Shown: in pieces, positions 58,615-64,000 of the stretch
Layout: each line of letters opens with the position of its first letter
How positions within the stretch are numbered: position 1 is the first letter of the stretch
Assembly (NCBI GenBank): GCA_964554495.1
Contig: CAZKOY010000005.1
Location: 2,926-66,925, forward strand
Length of the DNA: 64,000 bases
Direction of reading: 5' to 3'
Source: an uncultured Myxococcales bacterium
GTDB taxonomy: Bacteria; Myxococcota_A; Polyangia; Palsa-1104; JAEUJZ01
Made by a program: the position numbers and the translations under genes
The notes under the pieces: model-generated
What the model was told of the DNA's origin: nothing
Databases searched by the model: none
The model's input: only the letters and a program-made list of their open reading frames with translations

Positions 58615-59145
58615 ATGGACGAGCGTCACGAGAACGAGCAGTACTTCTTCGACGGACCGACGCTTGATCACCTCGCTGCGTTTGTTGCCGGCTTCGCGCG
58701 CCCCTGCTGCCTGTGCGCGCCCATGCTGGGTCGCGCGGTGTCGCGTCGCGGTCATTCGGTGCGCATCCTAGACATCGATGAGCGCTTCGCAGACACGCCG
58801 GGATTTCTGCGCTGGGATTTGAACCGGCCAACCTGGCTGGATGAAGCGTTTGATCTCATCGTCTGCGATCCGCCGTTCTTTAACGTCTCGCTTTCGCGCC
58901 TGTTTCGTGCGCTGCGCGTGCTGAGCCAGAACCGCTTTGATCAGCCCTTGCTAGTCAGCTATCCGACGCGACGAGGCAGCAACTTGATGGCGACGTTTCA
59001 TCGCTTTGGCCTGCAGGCCAGCGGCTATTTCCCGCGCTATCTCACGGTGCAGGCGAGCGAGCGCAACACGATCGAGTTCTATAGCAACCTGGGCAGCGTT
59101 CCCCTCGCTGCTCTGCGCGGTGCCGAGGCGGCTTCGTTGCCATAG
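58615..59145 (+). CDS. EEF1AKMT1/Efm5-like (N6-adenineMlase family) methyltransferase homologue
   Basis: QYFFDGPTL, CLCAPMLG, ILDIDERF and DLIVCDPPF (DPPF motif) are collinear with the eukaryotic EEF1AKMT1 pattern as I recall it. Confidence 0.65.
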   Translation: MDERHENEQYFFDGPTLDHLAAFVAGFARPCCLCAPMLGRAVSRRGHSVRILDIDERFADTPGFLRWDLNRPTWLDEAFDLIVCDPPFFNVSLSRLFRALRVLSQNRFDQPLLVSYPTRRGSNLMATFHRFGLQASGYFPRYLTVQASERNTIEFYSNLGSVPLAALRGAEAASLP

Positions 59146-59241
59146 CGTGCTTCGGCGCGGCAACGCGTCGAAGTGGACTCAGGGTGCTTTACGCGGGCGA
59201 GGGGCTGAGCGATAACCCCGCCATGTTCGACACAGAGCGTC

Positions 59242-60222
59242 ATGGCTGAGCCAACCGCAACGCGCATCAGCTTCCGCGTGCCACAAGAACACGATGGCGA
59301 CCGTCTGGATCGCGTGCTCGCAGCGCAGATCGCGGGTCTGTCGCGTTCGCGGGCGCGCGTCCTTTTGGATCTGGGTGGAGTGTTCGTCGACCGCGTGCGC
59401 GTCAAGATGGCGGGGCGACCACTGCGCGCTGGCCAAAAGGTCGATGCCTATATCGGCGGTGTGCTTTCGCGCGCCGCGTCTGGCGTCGGCCACAAAGCGC
59501 GGGCTCGCGAGGATGCGGCGCTGCCGATGCCGCGGCAAGTCTATCTCGACGACGACATGGTTGTGATCGACAAGCCGGCGTCGCTGATCAGCGCCCCCAC
59601 TCCCGAGAGCGATCGCGGAAACGCGCGGGCACTTCTGGCTGCCCAGCTTGGTGAGCCGATCCATGTTGTGCATCGCTTGGATCTTGGGACGAGCGGTCTG
59701 ATGCTGTATGCCCGCAGCGCGTCGGCAAACCGCGCGCTGGCCGAGACATTTCGCACGCACGATCTTGTGCGCGAGTACCTCGCTCTGCTGCTCGGCACCG
59801 TGCCGTGGAGCGAGCACACAGTGAGCCTGCCGATTGAGGGCCGCCCAGCGCGTACTCACTTCGCGCGGATCGAGCAGTGCATCGTCGCCGACGCTGCGCT
59901 ACCCGAGATTCCAGCGGTGACCGTGACGCTGGTGACGTGTCGTTTGGACACCGGACGTACGCACCAGATCCGCCTGCACGCGCGCCACCTGGGCACGCCC
60001 GTCCTTGGGGATCGACTGCATGGCGTGCGGACTCCATCGCTCTTGCCGCCGCCGCCGCGCCTGTGCCTGCACGCGACACGGCTGTCGCTGCGCCATCCCC
60101 GCAGCGGAGCCTTGCTGGACTTTGTTAGCCCGCTGCCTGCGGACATCGCCGACTATCTGGCTGCGCTGCGCGCGAAATCGCCGCGTTCCGGCCACGTCGA
60201 GCTGGAGCATGAGCCCCGCTAG
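59242..60222 (+). CDS. RluA-family 23S rRNA/tRNA pseudouridine synthase with S4 domain
   Basis: The S4-like N-terminus has RLDRVLA. The catalytic motif is HRLDLGTSGLMLYA, followed by TGRTHQIRLH. Confidence 0.92.
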   Translation: MAEPTATRISFRVPQEHDGDRLDRVLAAQIAGLSRSRARVLLDLGGVFVDRVRVKMAGRPLRAGQKVDAYIGGVLSRAASGVGHKARAREDAALPMPRQVYLDDDMVVIDKPASLISAPTPESDRGNARALLAAQLGEPIHVVHRLDLGTSGLMLYARSASANRALAETFRTHDLVREYLALLLGTVPWSEHTVSLPIEGRPARTHFARIEQCIVADAALPEIPAVTVTLVTCRLDTGRTHQIRLHARHLGTPVLGDRLHGVRTPSLLPPPPRLCLHATRLSLRHPRSGALLDFVSPLPADIADYLAALRAKSPRSGHVELEHEPR

Positions 60223-60243
60223 ACAGGCACTTGTTTCCTGCCC

Positions 60244-61794
60244 TCAGCGACGGCGCATGAACTCGTCCGGCGCGACTTGAAACAGCTTTTGAAGGACTTT
60301 GAACTGAACCGACCCGCTCTCTTTTAAGCAGGCCTCAAGCGGGTGCATGTGTGTGCTGAACGCAGCCAAGAATCCCGAAAACACCGACGGGAAATAGCGC
60401 ACGGGGTCAAAGGTGGCAATGGCTTGCTGGATGTCGTGGGCCAGCACCGCGGCTTTCATGTAGTCGCCGCTTGCCAGCAGGCTCTCAAAGCTGCGCAGGC
60501 GCAAGAGCAGGCTCTGCCATTCCTGTGAGCCCTCGACGGCATCGGCATCTTGGCTGCGTGTCGCGCGAAGGTCTGCATTCGATCGCGCCTCGCGCCCAGC
60601 CCGCGGAGACTGCGCCACGTCACTTGTGTGCGGTGGGTTGACACCGCGCGCAGGACGCACCTCTGCGGCCGACCCATCGTCATCGTCGTCGTCATCGTCG
60701 GGATCCAATGCCACAGGGCGCCGCGCAAGAGCAGACGAAGATGGGCCCTCGTCATCGTGCGCAGGCGTCGTACTGCGGTCGTCATCCCAGTCAAAGTCCG
60801 GGTCTTCCTCTGCTGCGCGTTGGGCACGCGCACCGATCCGATCTTCATCGTGCTCGTGCGAATCGAGATCGTTTTCGCGTTCGTCGTCTTCGTCGCCTTC
60901 GTCGCCTTCGTCGCGGCGCCCCAAAGATGCATCCGCCTGTGCGCCATCGTCGCCGTCATCGTCGTCGTTATCGTCGCTGTCGTCGTCGCTGTCAGCCACG
61001 ATGGAAGCAGGTCGCGAGGCCACCACCTTGCCGTCTCCAAAGTCAAAGGACAGGCCATAGCGCTTGGCATCTTCCGCGCGCTGGCGGGCAGCGCGGGCCA
61101 CTTCCTTCTTGCTGGATTTCTTTCCGCTCTTGCCTTTGTCGCCTGTTGCGTCGCTGCCGGCGGGCTGGGTGTCGACTTTCTTGGGACTTGGGGGCGCAGC
61201 AGGCTGCGGCCGTTCGAGTCCGCGCACCCAGGCATCGAGGCTCTGAAAGCGCAGCGCGGCTCGCGACTTGGCAGAGTGCTGCGCGATCAAGGGCTCCAGC
61301 GTCGCTGTAAGATCCAGTGCTTCGTCGATCGCTGGGCGTGTCGCGTTGTCCATCCACTGCTTCCACGTCGCGTCCTGGCTGCGCTCGTGATGTTCGACGT
61401 TGCGCAGCATCGCGGCGAACATCCACTGCAGCGTGTTTTCGACGTGAATCTCGCGCTTTTCGCGCGGGCCCAGCGCGGCCATATTGGGTCCCAAGGTCTG
61501 CGCCAGAATGCGATACAGAAGCGGCAGTCCGGCCAGCCCTTTTTCGACGAAGCAACCGTACAGGTAATAGCCCAACACACGCACGTCCATCAGGCCGTCG
61601 TGCAGCGCCTGCTCGGCTCGTCGGCCGGCTGTCACATAGTCGCCCCGCGTGACCAGATCCAGCATCGCGGTGAAGCGGCTGTCCGTGAGATCCAGATCGC
61701 TGCTGCTTTCACTGCGCGCAGCCAACGGCTGCAGCAGCCAGTCGGGCGACAGCGGTGGAGGAGCACCCGTGTTCTCATTCGTAGCTTGCGCCAT
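60244..61794 (-). CDS. ImpA_N/TssA-like protein with long acidic low-complexity linker
   Basis: The ATG at 61794 overlaps the DUF4280 TGA by 1 nt. N-terminal SPDWLLQPL...DLDLTDSRFTAM...DVRVLGYYLYGCFVEKGLAGLPLLYRIL resembles the ImpA N-terminal domain. The middle region is D/E-rich. The C-terminal helical domain is unassigned. Confidence 0.55.
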   Translation of the reverse strand: MAQATNENTGAPPPLSPDWLLQPLAARSESSSDLDLTDSRFTAMLDLVTRGDYVTAGRRAEQALHDGLMDVRVLGYYLYGCFVEKGLAGLPLLYRILAQTLGPNMAALGPREKREIHVENTLQWMFAAMLRNVEHHERSQDATWKQWMDNATRPAIDEALDLTATLEPLIAQHSAKSRAALRFQSLDAWVRGLERPQPAAPPSPKKVDTQPAGSDATGDKGKSGKKSSKKEVARAARQRAEDAKRYGLSFDFGDGKVVASRPASIVADSDDDSDDNDDDDGDDGAQADASLGRRDEGDEGDEDDERENDLDSHEHDEDRIGARAQRAAEEDPDFDWDDDRSTTPAHDDEGPSSSALARRPVALDPDDDDDDDDGSAAEVRPARGVNPPHTSDVAQSPRAGREARSNADLRATRSQDADAVEGSQEWQSLLLRLRSFESLLASGDYMKAAVLAHDIQQAIATFDPVRYFPSVFSGFLAAFSTHMHPLEACLKESGSVQFKVLQKLFQVAPDEFMRRR

Positions 61795-62177
61795 CAGACC
61801 ATCACCTTGACTTGGCCGGGATAGGTAATCGTGATGCAGCCGCCATAGCTGCATATCGCCGTCGCTGTGTTGTCGACGACGGGCATGTTGCCAATCAACA
61901 CCGTGGGCTTCGTCGGGATCCACGGCGCGGCGGTGGCCGGCACGCACGGCATCGGAGTCAGCACACCCAGCGCGGCTGCCGTGGCTGAGGCCACCGTCGG
62001 ATTGGCCAGCGATGAACACATGCCAAAGGTCGGCAGATTAACCATGGGCTTGCTGTCCATGATGTTGGCGGCCGGCATGTCGACCAGCACGCGATTCGCA
62101 GGCAGGACGATCAGCGAACAAGGGGCGACGCCGAAGCTACACATCGCCATCGCGTTCATCGTCACCAAGACACCCAT
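61794..62177 (-). CDS. DUF4280 (PAAR-like) domain protein
   Basis: 127 aa reading MCSFGVAPC...NLPTFGMCSSLANP...PMPCVPATAAPWIP...VLIGNMPVVDNTATAICSYGGCITITYPGQ, the conserved Cys/Gly pattern of DUF4280. GGGAG lies upstream of the ATG. Confidence 0.85.
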   Translation of the reverse strand: MGVLVTMNAMAMCSFGVAPCSLIVLPANRVLVDMPAANIMDSKPMVNLPTFGMCSSLANPTVASATAAALGVLTPMPCVPATAAPWIPTKPTVLIGNMPVVDNTATAICSYGGCITITYPGQVKVMV

Positions 62178-62207
62178 GTGGAACTCCCGAGGGGCAAAGA
62201 GGTGGCT

Positions 62208-64000
62208 CTATTGTTTGGGGCTGGCAGCAGCATCGGCAGCAGCCACCGGAGCATTGGGCAGGCGCAGCACAGACTCACGCAGTGCCGTCAGAAGCTGCAC
62301 GCTGCGACGCTGCGACCGTTTCTGCAGCGCCCCCGTGACATAGCTACTGCGGCACCACGCCTGATCAACGGGACGCTGAAGAAACGGCATGTCAGGCGGA
62401 CCCAGGCGCCTGGGAAACAGCGGAAAGATCTCGACGTGATCGGGCTGGTATTCGCTGCCCATGGCAAACGTAATCTGCTGCTCGATCTGCGATCGCAGGC
62501 CGGGCTCTTGCGGTGAGCCGCCTAGGAAGATCAACACAACGAAGGACCAGCGCAGCGGCTCAGCGCTTTCGGGAACCGCCAGGCCTGATACGCCCACCAC
62601 GCCGGGCAGCGCCGCAATCGCCTGCGAGACCTCGGCCAGTGGATAGACCTGGCCACTGCGGCGCGGGCTGACAAAGCCGGCCAAAAGGTAGCCATCCCCG
62701 ACGGAAGGACTGGCTTTGGCAAGGATTACAAAGGCATGGTCTTTCTTCATTCCGGCGGGCAGGAATAGCCCACTTTGCCCTGGAGCAGCCTGCGTGCTTC
62801 CAAGGACATCGACGGGCGCAAGCTTCCAGGCACAGCCTGCCGCTGGCCACAGAAACAGCGAGGCATCGCCTTTGTAGTGCGACGAAACCAGCAGCACACC
62901 GCCCTGCGCGGCCTCGTAGACAAGCTGCAGGCGCGGCACCTGCGCAAGCCCGCAGCGCTGGTCCAGATCGCGCCAGGCTGCGACATCTAGCGGATCGAGT
63001 GCGCTGCGAAACCAGCGATGCAAGCGCGAAAGCGGCGCGCACGCTGCGGTGCTGAGCTTGCGCAGCCCATCGCGCAGCCCGCGGCTTACCCCCAGGCAGT
63101 TCACTCCCAGGCGCGGCAGCAGAGACGGGTCTTTGGCCAGGACCGCCGCATCGCAAACGACCCAGGTGGCACCGGCCAGTAGCACCGACAAGATCAGCGC
63201 CGGAGCGTACTGCGCCGGATCGAAATCGGGCAGCGGCGCGCACAAACCATCGCCAGGACGCAGACCGAACACCAGCAAGGCATCGTGCAGCGCTCGCGTG
63301 TACGCCGCCTGCGCGGACAAGGGCACGGGCTGCGATGGTGGGTCACGCAGCGGCGACGGCACCAAGAACGCTGCCGCGGCCGGCGCATACGTGTGGCTGC
63401 GATCGTCGGGCAAGCTGCGCCGCAGCGCTTCTTCTTCTTTCGCTCCGACTAGAAAAGGCGCAGGCGCGGTCGCTGGACACAACGGGCTGTACAGCCGCTC
63501 GGTCAGGATGCAGGCCGGCTTCAGCGCTTGGATGCGGCGTGCCACATACTGCTGTCCGCGCGGTGGAACCAGGCTGACGGTGGCACCGATGCGCAGTGCC
63601 GCGAACAGCCCGACCAGCAGCCAGTCCGACGGCGGCAAGAGAATGCACAGCACATCGCCCGGCTTGTGTCCGCGCTCGCGAAGCTGCGTGGCCAACACGG
63701 ACGCGCGCTCATGAAGCTCGGCGTAGCTCAAGCTGCGCACGATCTGCTGACCGTCGCTGAGCCGCACCAGCCAGCGCAGTGCGATGCGCTCGGTCATGGC
63801 AAAGCGCAGCACCGCGTCGTGATAGAAGTCGAGGCCCGCCGTGCCGCTCTTGGCGTGCGGTGCATAGAGCGCCGCGTGATAGTCGATCAGCGCTTGCTGA
63901 AAGGCTTCTGGGGCAGCCCAGCTATCTTCCAACCACGCGGCACCGGCCCAAGGCTTGGCCTCGCTGATCTCGTGTCGGATGCCATCGATATGGAAGCGGG
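62208..64000 (-). CDS. Adenylate-forming (ANL/acyl-CoA synthetase-like) homologue lacking the canonical phosphate-binding loop; 5' end probably outside window
   Basis: ANL-like N-terminal blocks SLSYAELHERASVLATQLRERGHKPGDVLCILLPPSDWLLVGLFAALRIGATV are present. I found no (T/S)SGTTGxPKG motif. The frame stays open from the TTG at 63932 to the window edge at 64000. Confidence 0.6.
   Translation of the reverse strand, partial: RFHIDGIRHEISEAKPWAGAAWLEDSWAAPEAFQQALIDYHAALYAPHAKSGTAGLDFYHDAVLRFAMTERIALRWLVRLSDGQQIVRSLSYAELHERASVLATQLRERGHKPGDVLCILLPPSDWLLVGLFAALRIGATVSLVPPRGQQYVARRIQALKPACILTERLYSPLCPATAPAPFLVGAKEEEALRRSLPDDRSHTYAPAAAAFLVPSPLRDPPSQPVPLSAQAAYTRALHDALLVFGLRPGDGLCAPLPDFDPAQYAPALILSVLLAGATWVVCDAAVLAKDPSLLPRLGVNCLGVSRGLRDGLRKLSTAACAPLSRLHRWFRSALDPLDVAAWRDLDQRCGLAQVPRLQLVYEAAQGGVLLVSSHYKGDASLFLWPAAGCAWKLAPVDVLGSTQAAPGQSGLFLPAGMKKDHAFVILAKASPSVGDGYLLAGFVSPRRSGQVYPLAEVSQAIAALPGVVGVSGLAVPESAEPLRWSFVVLIFLGGSPQEPGLRSQIEQQITFAMGSEYQPDHVEIFPLFPRRLGPPDMPFLQRPVDQAWCRSSYVTGALQKRSQRRSVQLLTALRESVLRLPNAPVAAADAAASPKQ

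Noticed and set aside
60244-62177. Calling this a type VI secretion locus.
   Set aside because: Only a DUF4280 protein and an ImpA_N-like protein are visible. No TssB/C, Hcp, VgrG, TssE-G, TssJ-M or ClpV are in the window. It is reported as a finding, not annotated as T6SS.
1-64000. Search for tRNA, rRNA, CRISPR arrays, IS elements, integrases, prophage genes and toxin-antitoxin pairs.
   Set aside because: I could not recognise any by eye. Intergenic space is small and every large ORF has a better assignment. A covariance-model scan (tRNAscan-SE/Infernal) would be needed to exclude small RNAs formally.

Overview
This is a gene-dense, high-GC segment (roughly two-thirds G+C by eye, not computed). 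Its gene repertoire looks myxobacterial or deltaproteobacterial: a Ser/Thr kinase-AAA-TPR giant, a STAND-WD40 protein, many lipobox lipoproteins and eukaryote-like domains. I support about 50 protein-coding genes. I found no rRNA, tRNA, CRISPR array, transposase or integrase.

Layout:
- 1-9606: MoxR/DUF58/VWA 'Bat-like' operon with unusually large fused members.
- 9.6-17.7 kb: housekeeping and hypothetical genes (arfB, gloA, family-4 UDG), plus an 858-aa methyltransferase fusion protein.
- 17.0-25.7 kb: minus-strand cluster of flippase-like protein, MMPL/RND transporter, GT4 glycosyltransferase, methyltransferase, NodB deacetylase and a secreted tandem-SRPBCC protein. I read it as a candidate undescribed amino-glycolipid synthesis and export system.
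- 26.5-31.6 kb: 1265-aa STAND NTPase with a hydrophobic segment and 14 WD40 repeats, co-oriented with a Cys-rich YD-repeat lipoprotein.
- 31.6-35.9 kb: tpx, a serine hydrolase and an S9 peptidase.
- 35.9-51.9 kb: tightly coupled shikimate (aroC-aroB-aroA), then regulator, polyprenyl synthase, DAHP synthase and a complete classical menaquinone pathway (ubiE, menF, a menD-menH fusion, menB, menA, menC, menE).
- 51.9-56.9 kb: Ser/Thr kinase translationally coupled to TusA and a DsrE-like protein.
- 57-60.2 kb: cupin, Kazal-domain lipoprotein, EEF1AKMT1-like methyltransferase and an RluA-family pseudouridine synthase.
- 60.2-64.0 kb: DUF4280 (PAAR-like) protein coupled to an ImpA_N/TssA-like protein, downstream of a degenerate adenylate-forming-enzyme homologue that runs off the window.

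All functional calls rest on motif and family recognition by eye from the supplied translations. No database search was run. Start codons are less certain than stop codons.
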